From the NCBI RefSeq assembly GCF_028641065.1, contig NC_073391.1:5146001-5210000 (forward strand): DNA of 64,000 nucleotides, read 5' to 3'. The notes beneath the pieces were generated by a model. The model made no database searches, was not told the origin of the DNA, and saw only the letters and a list, made by a program, of their open reading frames with translations. Below, one piece after another: positions 14,301-26,300 of this stretch. The translations under genes were made by a program, and so were the position numbers. The stretch is from Leucoraja erinacea (Eukaryota). The stretch's first letter is position 1. Every line of letters starts with the position of its first letter.

Positions 14301-17300
14301 GGATTCGATGGGCCGAAAGGCCTGTTCCCGTGTTGTATATCTAAATTAAACTAAACTCAATTCCAGTTTGTAGCAACTCACACTGATTAAGCTAAAGAAT
14401 ATACTTTTTTTTAGAAAAAATAGATGCTCTTTGAATTGTGAATTTTAAATTGCATATTGTTTTCTTTGTAAGTTTTTGAGAATAAATATTCTCAAATATT
14501 CGGCGCGGAACCGGTGGGCCGAAGGGCCTGTTTCCGCGCTGTATCTCAAACTAAAACTAAAAACTAAATTGATATTGATGAGAATTCCGGGCCTATTGCC
14601 CTTGTTTTGAATGAATGTGGTGCAGTGCTGTGGACCAATACATCCGAGATTGAGGGGGATCCATACTGCTGCAAACTAAGGTTGACAAAAGTGCTGGAGA
14701 AACTCAGCGGGTGCGGCAGCATCTATGGAGCGAAGGAAATAAGTAACGTTTCGGGCCGAAACCCTTTTTCAGACTAATGCTGAGGGTGACCTTGGCTGTG
14801 GGCTCCCTGTATTGATGCTGCATTTTTATGTACAGCCACCAGAGGGCGGGACAGGATCTGTTGTTGCATTTGTATTTCCAGCTATCGAGGGACTGAATGT
14901 GAGTTCATCTGTTACCACAACCTGGGGCACGAGAAAGGTGGGATCAGCATCATTTAAATAGGCGGCAGGACCAAAGTGCAGAGAATGTGCTGAGATTCTG
15001 AAGAGAAATGTGAATTGCTGTCTTTGTATGTTTCTCGTCGATTGGTGGGACCGGGAGCCCGCCCGAAGTCTCGCTAACACCCGAAGATTCATCGGTCGAT
15101 GGGACCAGGAAACCGCCCGGAGGCTCGGCAGACGCCAAAACCGGGATGGAGCTGGAAAAATGGGACGCGTGGAGCAAGGACCGGTAGGAAGGCGATGCTT
15201 CCAGCCCCTTCCGCTCGGCTTCAGGAGGCGCCCCTGGGACACAAAGATGGCCGGGCGAGGAGAGGAGAGGATGTTGGTTCACGGGAACTGTTGCAGTACA
15301 TCGAGTGTGCGGGTCAACCGGTCTTTGCGCTTTGAATAATGGCGACAATAATGTCGGTGCCTGCATGTGTTATTTACGCAAAATGAATGTCACTGTACAG
15401 TTGCACATGTGACAAATTCTCTTTCTCCTCCCCAGCTAGCCTCTGCTGCGGGGTTCCACAAGGTTCCATCCTTGGCCCCATTCTCTTCTCCCTGTATATG
15501 CTCCCCTTAGCCAAGTCATTCAAAGGCACGGCATTTCCTTCCATCGCTATGCAGACGATACACAACTCTATCTCCCCCTGAAGCCCAACAACCGATCAAA
15601 TCTACTTAACCTTATCCACTGCCTCGAGGATATAAAGTGTTGGATGGCCCAGAACTTCCTCCAACTAAACGAGAGTAAGTCTGAGGTCATCCTTCTTGGC
15701 CCCTCGGACTCAATCAATACTATAGCAGGCAGTCTTGGAAGCCTTACCCCATTACTCAAATCTCACGTCAAAAAACTTGGCGTGATATTTGACTCAACGT
15801 TGAAATTTGCCGTGGTAAAAGCTAGCTTCTTCCAGCTTCGGATGATAGCTAAATTAAAACAATTCCTCCAGTTTGACGACCTCAAAAAGATCATCCATAC
15901 ATTTATCTCCTCCCGCCTCGACTACTGCAACTCCCTTTACACTGGCATCAGCCAATCTTCCCACCTGCAACTGGTCCAAAACGCCGCAGCGAGACTCCTG
16001 ACGGGCACTCGAAAAAGGGACCACATCACCCCGATCCTGGCCTCTCTTCACTGCCTCCCTGTGCGGTTCCGAATAAATTTCAAGATCCTTCTTTATGTTT
16101 ACAAAGCCCTTAACGGGCTTGCCCCGTCCTACATCAAAAATCTGCTTACCCACCACACCACCTCCAGGTCCCTCAGATCGGCCGACTTGGGGTTACTGAA
16201 CATCCCGCGGTCTAAGCATAAGCTCAGGGGCGACCGCGCCTTTGTGGTTGCAGCTCCTAGACTGGGGAACAGCATCCCTCTTCTCATCAGAACTGCCCCC
16301 TCCATCGACTCTTTTAAGTCGAGACTTAAAACTCATCTTTACTCTCAAGCCTTTCTTGACGTCCTCTGAGGGAGGGCTATATGTATGTATTTATGTATGT
16401 ACTTAATCTATGAACCACCGTTAGTAACGTTAGTACCTCCACCAATGTAAAACACTTTTGTCACCGAGAGTTGTTTTTTAAATGTGCTATAGAAATAAAA
16501 GTGACTTGACTTGACGAAATAAATTACTATTGAACTATTTTCCTTTCAACAGTTCCAATATTTGCTGAGTTCAAATTATCGTAAACCATAACCCTCACCA
16601 ATACTGAAAGAATGTTTTTATTCTAACATTGGCACAGTATTAATTTTGGATCAACTGACATTTCCAGGTGGCTTCAGTGAAGCAGTTACACAGAATACTA
16701 ATTAAATGAAAGGTAATAGAATATTCAGCAAAGATTATCTTCATAAGTCACCACCATTAGGAACCAAGGTGCATGGAATTAAGTGCTCATCTGTATCCAC
16801 ATCACTTCTCAGGCTTTGTCCCGACCCTAACAAAAGCTTTTCACTGTACCTTGGTTAGGGATGCCAACCATCTCACTCCCAAATAAGGGACAAAAGGTCA
16901 AAATACGTGACAAATTCACGACGGCAATTCGTTGACCGACTCGGCCGTGGCTGGGTGAATGATGAGTTGAGTGATGAATGATGAATGATGAGGCCGGGTG
17001 CCAGACTGCACACAATCCCCAACTGGCGGGCCAGCTGAGGAGTTTTGGCCTACACGACGTCGCGCACAAAGTCTGGCACCCCATCCAACTCATGAACCGA
17101 TGATCGGCCATGAGAAGTAGGGGTGGTTGTGTCGGCGGTAAGCGAAGGTCTGAAGGTCGGACAGCTGGCCGGGCTGCCGACCGACGGGGCCATGAGCGAG
17201 GCGCTGCTGCTGCACTCCATGGGCTGCACAACGTCGGGACGGGTGAGGTGGGGACCGGACGAGGCGCTCCGACCCGACAGTCCCCTCGACTCGAGTAGTA

Positions 17301-20300
17301 GCAGTCAAATACGGTACATGGGCAGTCCCATATGGGACAAACCAATTTAGCCCAATATACGGGATGTCCTGGCTAATACGGGACAGTTGGTAACCCTAAC
17401 CTTGGTACACGTGACAATAAACTAAACAAAACTAAACCCACTTCTCTTTTCCAACTTTCCTCCCCCAACTACAATCAGTCTGAAGAAGGGTCCTGACCCA
17501 GAATATCATCTGCCCTTTAACTTCTCAAATACTGCCTGACCAGTTGAGTTACTTCCGCAGTTTGTTTTCTGCACAAAATTCAAGCACCTGCCGTTTCTTT
17601 TGTCTGTAATTAAGAATAAGGGACAGGCCATTTAGGACAGAGATGAGGAAAAATGTTTTCACTCAGAGAGTTGTGAATCTGTGGAATACACTGCCACAGA
17701 AGGCAATGGAGGCCAATAATGTATTCAAGAGAGAGTTAGATATAGGGCTAGGGCTAATGGAATCAAGGGATATCGGGAGAAAGCGGGAATGGGGGTACTG
17801 ATTTTGAATGATCAGCCATGATCCTATCGAATGGTGGTGCTGGTTCAAAGGGCCGAATGGCCTTCTCATCCACGTATTTTCTATGTTTCTAAGTTATGGA
17901 AATAATTGTTGGCATGCCATGAAGCTCTCAATCATGAGGGATGTGATGGAAGGATTCATCAGTAGTGCTAGCAAACATGCTTACTCTCCAATAATCTGCT
18001 CATGGATGTCCAACTTGAGATTTGCCAGGATTACTTAGCTTCAGAAATTGTCACAACCTTGTTTCTTGCATGGATCAAAGAACTACATTTCAGAGGCGAG
18101 GTGGGAATGTCTGCCTTGACATCAATGCAATGCTTGATAGAATGAAGATAGACACAGAAAAACAGAGTTACTCAGTGGGTCAGACAGCATCTCTGGAGAA
18201 AAGGAATAGGAGATGTTTCGGGTCTGAAGGATCTTGACCCGAAACATCACCTATTCTTTTTCTCCAGCGATGCTGTCTGACCCATTGAGTTAATCCGGCA
18301 TTTTGTGTCTATCTTCAGTTTAAACCAGCATCTGCAGTTCCTTTCTACACTCTTGACAGAATGAAGCATCCTTTGTTCCTGGTAAAAACTGACATCAATT
18401 TGGCATCAAGGGGTAAATTGTCCAAGATTGGATTCACACCTTGCACAAAGGAGGAGAGCTGCAGTTTTTTTGACACCATTCGCCTCTACCTTGATATCAT
18501 GGCAGAGGGATTCCTTTGGACTGTGTACTAGGCCCAACCATCTTCAGATGCTGCAGCAATGACATTTGTTTGAACATAAGGTCAGAAGTGGGCTTGTTTG
18601 TTGATCCTTGCACAATATGAGGCTTTATGTTTAGTCGAAGCCTGGGATATGCTGCCAGGGGAGGTGGTAGGAGCAGATAAGTGTGACATTTAAGAGGTTT
18701 TTAGATAGACACAATAGACAATAGGTGCAGGTGTAGGCCATTCGGCCTTTCGAGCCAGCACCACCATTCAATATGATCATGGCTGATCATCCACAATCAG
18801 GGAATAAGCAGGGAATAGAGGGACGTGGACCATCTGCAGGTAGATGGGATTGGTTTTGATTAGCCCACCATTTCTGCCCTAACCATAATGCCAAAAGGCC
18901 TGTTCCTGCACTGAACCATTTCATGTTCCATATATTGAAGAGTTAATTATTTCTACATTTCTTACCTTGAAACTGTGGGCTTTCTGACCGTGACTGTGCC
19001 TCAGATGCAGCATGGTCTGGATAAAATAAGGAGGACATATGACCTAAACGTGCATGATTCATGAATGCAGAATTACATATTTTCCAATAACAGTTTACCA
19101 ATAGGCTGATGACCAGGTTACTAGATGACTCCAGATTACAACAGATTACCAGTGCGGCATGGTGGTGCAGCAGTAGAGATGCTGCCTTATGCCCCTGTCC
19201 CACTTAGGAAACCTGAACGGAAACCTCTGGAGACTTTGTGCCCCACCCAAAGTTTCCATGCGGTTCCCGGAGGTTTTTGTCAGTCTCCCTACCTGCTTCC
19301 ACTACCTGCAACCTCCGGCAACCACCTGCAACCTCCGCGAACCGCACGGAAACATTGGGTGGGGCGCAAAGTCTCCAGAGGTTTCCGTTCAGGTTTCCTG
19401 AGTGGAACAGGGGCATTACAGTGCAAGAGACCTGGGTTCGATCCTGACTACGGGTGCCGTCTGTATGGAGTTTGTACATTCTCCTCGTCACCGTATAGGG
19501 GATTCTCCGAGATCTTCCATTTCCTCCCACACTCCAAAGATGTTCAGGTTTGAAGGTTAATTGGCTTGGCATAAATGTAAATTGTCCCTAGTGTATGTAG
19601 GGTGGTGTTAATGTATGTGGATCGCAGGTTGGGGCGAACTTGGTGGACCGAAGTGCCTGTTTCCGCGTTGTATCTCTAAATTAAATTCTCTCAATATATT
19701 CATATTTTCTATACTTAAGCAGAATCTATAATGCTTTTCATTCAATTTTAATTTACACCAATCATAAAGAAAAGTCCTCATGAACCAGTATAATACGCCC
19801 ATGATGTATATTTAAACATTCTTTAAATTGCACATTTATAAATAAAACTGGCATTACAATGTTGCAGAATTTTAGTTAACTGAATCCTACTTTGCAGTTA
19901 TTGTTATTTATAATAGGAACAAAGCAATAACCATTCAATTATACATCTGGATTTTTTGTCAGAACCATAATCGTTCTTCGATCTCCCACCCTCTAACTTC
20001 AACTGGCCTGTCTAATGTTGATGATCTGAGAGGGAGGGAAAATGATGGAGGGGATTGTTGCCTCTCTGTTCTTACCCTGCCTTGTGTCTTTCCTATTGTC
20101 TATACTTGGGAATGCATAACAATGCATTTGCTTGTATATGGGATGGTAAGATAAAATGCAAGAGGAATAGCAGCAGGAGTGAAGCATTTGGCTGTCTGAC
20201 CATACATGCAGATCATAGCCGTTCATTTACCTATGGTCTACTTTCCTGCTTGTTCTACATAATCCAAGAGACGACAAATTTTGTTCTTCAATATTCCCAA

Positions 20301-23300
20301 TAACATACATCCAAAATTCCCTGGGGTAGCAAATTCCCGTGATGAGGAAGTCCTTTATTGTTCTGGTCTTCACCCTTTACATTGAGGCCATGTCTGGATT
20401 CTCACATTCGAGGGAACATCATCAAAGAACCCATTACATCAAACTCCCATAGGTTTTTGTCCATTTCAATAAGTTCACTTCCCAATCTAAATTTCAGATC
20501 ATATAAGGCCCAATCCCCTCAACTTTTCCCAATAAGGTCACTTCAACGCAGCGTTATTCATATAAGTTGTTTCGGTAACAACTCCAAGGAGTATATACTT
20601 CCTTAAATAAGGAGCTCAAATCTGTAAGCAGTGCTCCAAGTGTGGTCTGGATAGTTAAACTCAATTCCACTGGTCTTCCTGATTATCTGCTGTATGATTT
20701 GCTAACTTTTTGAACTGAGGGAAATTTTGAGGAATATGATCTCCAAAACTTTATTCCATTGCTTCATCGTGGCTAAATGAATAATATTTTGGGCCAAGCT
20801 GTTCCACAAAGTGTAATGTACGTTGGAATATATACTTTTGAAGTTATTGCCATTAACGTCAGAATGATGGATTGCATAGACTTAAAGGATTCGTGCAAGT
20901 TTAAGCAAAATGATGGCTTTCTTCCAGGTAGCACAAAGCACAAACTTGCAGTCCACTTTCCACACTTGCCAGAACAAAGGTTTGTTTGCATGTTAGTGGA
21001 AATCCCCAGCAGAAATATATGATACTCCTCGTGAAGGAAGGAACTGCAGATGTTGGTTTAAACTGAAGATAGACACAAAAAGCTGGAGTAACTCAGTGGG
21101 TCAGACAGCATTTCTGGATAGAAGGAATAGGTGACATTTCAGGTCGAGACCTCAGATAACCTTCAGACTGAAGAAGGGTCTCGATCCGAAACGTCACCTA
21201 TTCTTTTTTTCCAGAAATGTTGTCTGACCCGCTGAGTTACTCCAGCTTTTATTGTCTTATCTATTGCGATTCTCCTTTTCAGTTTTTAAAAGATCCCAAG
21301 GATACAACAGTGCATGACTTGCACTACAATTACAAGCTGTTGAATTTTGAACAGCATCTTATAATTTGCATTGAAGGCATTTGAGTACCTGAATCGTGGA
21401 AGTGCCCTGCTTTGGGACTGGATGATGAACCTGTCGGTTTGTTGGGTGGCTTGCCTGCTCTGTTCACTAGAGGAGCTGAAGGAATATGAATAATTTAATG
21501 AAGAGGTAGATAGACACATTTGAAAATCATTTTATGATTAAGATTCAAAAAAATTAAAACGTAGCACAATCATGCCGAACACAAGTAGTCTTTGCAATGT
21601 TCACCTCTAATAGAAAGCCACAGCCCGCTGCGTACACAGGCAACTTGAGAGTGAATGTGAAAGGAACGCACCAGAATTTGTTTACAGTTCTCACATTCAC
21701 GGTTCTCATGAACATTCTCAATATCTTCTTTGAAGTTAGTTTAACATATAAATAGCCCTCTACTTGCTGCCTCTTTTCATTGGATTTTTATTTTAAGGTA
21801 ATTCTTCTGAAATCTCAGTCTGCAAAATCTTTAATACGCACTTTTTTAAATCATGCTGAAAAATTGTCCCACCTATGGCCCAAGTCTGAAGAAGGGTCCT
21901 GACCCAGTTGAGCTTATAGGACTTGATATTACAATCCCTATTATAATTGGCACCTTCTTACTATCTTGAGTGGGGTTAGGGGTAAAGACTTAATTGGGGT
22001 CATCAGGTGGGCACCCTCCTTCCATGGTGTTTTGTTGATAGGCCCACGACACCTCCAGAGGGTTCAACAGCAACACCTGGCATCCCAGGTGCGCTCCCCT
22101 CCGTTTTACCCCTCTTGCTGGTCATGTTGCAGCCCGGTTGGAGTCCTTCCTCTTCAGCCACAGCCAGGTGCTGCTTGGCTCGGCAGCCTCTGACAGCGAC
22201 CTGATGGCTTGCCGGAAGGCCTGCCCTCGAACTCCCATTCCCTTCAGGAGTCTGGTTGTTGTCATGGCTACAAACCCTCTGCAACCAACCTCTACAGGGA
22301 GCACCTGGGTACGCCAGCCACATTGTTCTGCCTCGGCTGCTAAGTCTGAATACCTCAGACATTTGCGTTCATACGCTTCACCAACTGCAGCCTCTCAAGG
22401 CACAGTTAACTCCACGATGTACAGGGACATCTGTGAGGTTGACCACAAGATCAGGTCGGGCCTGAGATTAGTTGTGATGATCTCTGGTGGAAAGATGAGC
22501 TTCTGGTCTAGATCAGCCTGCATTTTCCAGTCCCGGGCAGTGTCCAGGAGGGTCGGTTCCTTTCTTGCAAATGGCTTCTCTGGAAGCTGTCCTGCCTTTA
22601 CAAAAGGGATGGTGATCGAGAAACCAGGCGTTGAGGGAGGGAGGGAATTGGTGGTAGTTCTCCTTCTTTCCAAGGTAATCGCCAGTTGTAGCAGGACCTG
22701 ATTGTGCCTCCAGGTGTAGTGGCCTTGTGAAAGACGGGATTTATGATGTGCCTAATGTTGCTGGGGTTTGGCAGACAGAACATGATGGATCTTCTCCAAG
22801 TCACTGGTTTAGGTTCTTGGGTGTGGGAAGAACATCGTAGGTGGCTCTGATGATGAAGCTAAGATGGCTTCCTTCCATTTCCCACAGATCCTTCCAGGTA
22901 AGCTTACGATGCTCCAGGTTTTCCCAGGTAGTCCACTGGCCCTGTTTGGACTGTGAGGCTGAATTTGCGCATCTTTCTGCCTCCTCTTGCTAACGGACCT
23001 CAGCAACTACCAGCTTTCTTCTCTGGGTGGATGTTGCCTTGTGCCATGTGGGTCGACTTGTCCCGAGTCCAATCCCACCTCTTCCCTGCTGCACCTGTCC
23101 TACAATGTCTCCATGTCTGAGAGCAAATTTTAACCATTAGGGGTGACTCCTATTCACAATTATTACCTGCCCATTAACTTCCCAAATACACATAATGGAC
23201 AGATAATGAGGTGGGCGTTGTAAGACTCTTGCAAATATATTCAGGGATCTCGCACCAATATCATTGCATTGTGTGTGGGGAGCGTGTTACAAGGTGCGGT

Positions 23301-26300
23301 GGTAAAGATGATTGAGGGGGGAGGATTGATCGGGAGCTGATGGAAGTGGGATCTGTGAGTGTTGAGGAGAGGGCGAGAAGATTGTTAGATTTTGAAGCTC
23401 GGATAGCGTGACATTTTGAAATCTAACTAATTATCTAATAGCTGCCCAAGAAAGGCCACAGATTCAATCGTTAAAGTTCCAGTTGGTCTTAACCATTAAG
23501 TTAAACGGCTGCATTCAAGGCTTGCACCTGGTGAGGTCTTGTATGTACACTATCATTTCTTGGAGTCAAACAGGAATGAAACAGAATCTTGGGCCCCACC
23601 TCGTCCTTGCCAACCAAGATGCCCCATCTAAGCTTGTCCCATTGGTCTCCATTTGGCTTCCGTCTAAACCTTTCCTATCCATTTATCTGTCCAAATGTTT
23701 TTTAAATGCTGTTGTGGTACCTGCCTCTGTCAGTTCATTCCACATACCCACCATCCTCTGTGTGAATATGTTGCCCGTCAGATTCCTATTACATATTTCC
23801 CCCCTCATCTTGATGCCTTCTAGTTCTTCCGATTCCCTTACCCTGGAAAAAACACTCTGTACAGTCTCTATTTATTCCATTCTTAATTTTATACATCTCT
23901 ATAAGACTGCTCCACAGCCTCCTGCGCTTCGAAGAATAAAGTCCTAGCCTGCCCAACCGCCCTTATAGCTCAGGCCCCTCGAGTCCTAGCAATATCCTTG
24001 CAAATCTTCTCTGTACTCTTTCCATCTTCGTAGCTTCTTTCCAAGAGTAGGGTGACCAAACTGGAATACAATACTCCGTGCATCCTCACCAATGTTGTAT
24101 ACAACTGCAACATAAAGTCCCAACTTCAATATTCAACTACCTGACTGATGAAGATCATTGTGGCAAAAAGTCTTCTTGGAAAAACTTTTCCACCAGTGAC
24201 AACACTTTCAGGGAACTATGTTCTTGCATTAATGGATCTCTCTATTCTTCAATGGTTCCCAACCCCTTACTGTTCACTGTAGCGGTCCTGCTCGGGTTCG
24301 AATTCCCAAAATGCAATACCTCACACTTAGCTGAATTAAACGCCATTAGCCATTCCTTGGTCCATTGGCCCAGCTGATCAAGATCTTGGTTAACATGAAG
24401 TTAAATTGAATGATATTTGCTGTGTAACATCATCGTGTATGACCTTGGACTTGTATGCATGTGCCATGTGTAGGAAGACAATTATCAAAAATCCATTCCT
24501 TTGCTCTTGATAATTGCATTTGATGATTTCTTTAAAAATATAAGATTGCGCAGTAAACATGCACTTTGCCCTGTTCAACAGAAATCCTAGGCCAATCTGT
24601 TTTAATTCATCCACATCTGTGGGCAATGTAAGGAAATCATAGAATGAATGTGATGCCTGAATGTATAGGTCTGTAAAATACAGTGAGTTAGTCTGCTATC
24701 TGTAATAATCTTTATCCAAAAAGTTTTAAAAGTTTCTTCTTACTTCATTGTCCTCACCACATTGTTCTAATATCTCTGGACGCTTCTGAATTAGGATCCT
24801 ATCATTGACCCTGTCCTCAATATCCAACTTAAATAGATTGCTCACTTTAGATCTTCTCCGATTTTCAAACCTGATCACGTCTTCATTCACTCACATGCAT
24901 GCTAATTACAGAGCTGAGCATAATTGTTTCAAAAGTGATTTCATTTTAACAATTATATCCTGTCAGGTTGGAAGCCCAGAGGAAAAATATCAAATTGGCT
25001 TCAAGAAGATTAAAAAAATCAATTAGTCTGATTTGTATTAACCATTCTAGCTCTCCCTGTCCACCATTGCTAAAAGGATAGAAAGATGACATTCACCCAG
25101 ATTCCATCATAGGAGTTTTTTGTTGTTGTTTCTATGATCATGTCTAGGCTGAATCTCCCTGACAGGTGCAGCGGTAGAGTTGCTGCATTACAGCACTCAT
25201 TCGCTGGAGACCTGGGTTCGATCCCGACTACGGGTGCTGTCTGTACGGAGTTTGTACGTTCTCCCTGTGACCGCGTGGGTTTTCTCCAAGATCTTTGGTT
25301 TCTTCCCACACTCCAAAGGCACATAGGTTTGTAGGTTAATTAGCTTGGTATAATTCTAAATTGTTCCTAGTGTGCATAGAGTAGTGTTAATGTGTGGGGA
25401 TCGCTGGTCGGTGCGGACTCGGTGGACTGAAGGGCCTGTTTACCCTCTTAATTGGCTTGATATGATTGTAAATTGTCCCTAGTGTACGGGGATGGATGGT
25501 CGGCGTGGACTTGGTGGGACAAAGGACCTGTTTCCACGTTGTATCTCTAAACTAGACAGCAGCTGTAAACAGATGTACGTGCTTTGAGAAATCATATTTC
25601 CCAAACTGCCACAATGCATTTAATAACCACGTCAATGCTATTGAAATTCTTTGATGCAATTTTCTTTGATTGCATTTATTATGATGTTGATCTGATTCGG
25701 TTTCTGGTACATAGTGAGTGCTTCAGCAAATTACCCCTTGGACCAGTCATTTACATGAAGATAAATTCTTGTCATCTTGAGTTTGCACGTTGTTCCCCCT
25801 CCATGTAGTGCAGCTGTTTCCACACACATCCCAAGTGCTGTTTGGTGCGTTACTTTAGTGACCTGCCAATGTCATTGGTTAGTAAGGAGTCAAGGAGGCA
25901 TTGATGGGCATGGAAGGGCGAACAGATGCCAGGGATATAAGGCTGACGGGATTGTTGTGAGTTGGCATGGACTAGTTTTATGTTTGAACTATGAGATGCA
26001 AGAACTTACGTTTCAACATTGGTCGCGGGACACTTTGCTCTGTGGGGTCGATGTATGTATCATCGGGTTCACTATCCTTCATGGGGACAATGTAATCACC
26101 CTGCAAATAAATACAGTTTCCCAATAAAACAAAACGCACCAAAATAAAACAAACAACAGTCGTTTACAATCAGCTCACTTCATTCACCAAATACATTTGC
26201 AGGATATGCATGTGATTTTGTATGCTTTTACTACTTTGTGCCATTCTCTAGAGAAATCATTTGTTATAAGAATGGCTATTTTTAATGTTCAGATCTAAAT

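Noticed and set aside
25097-25143. 47-nt AG/GT-bounded segment on the minus strand
   Set aside because: Not a multiple of 3 in a phase 1-1 intron; weak pyrimidine tract.
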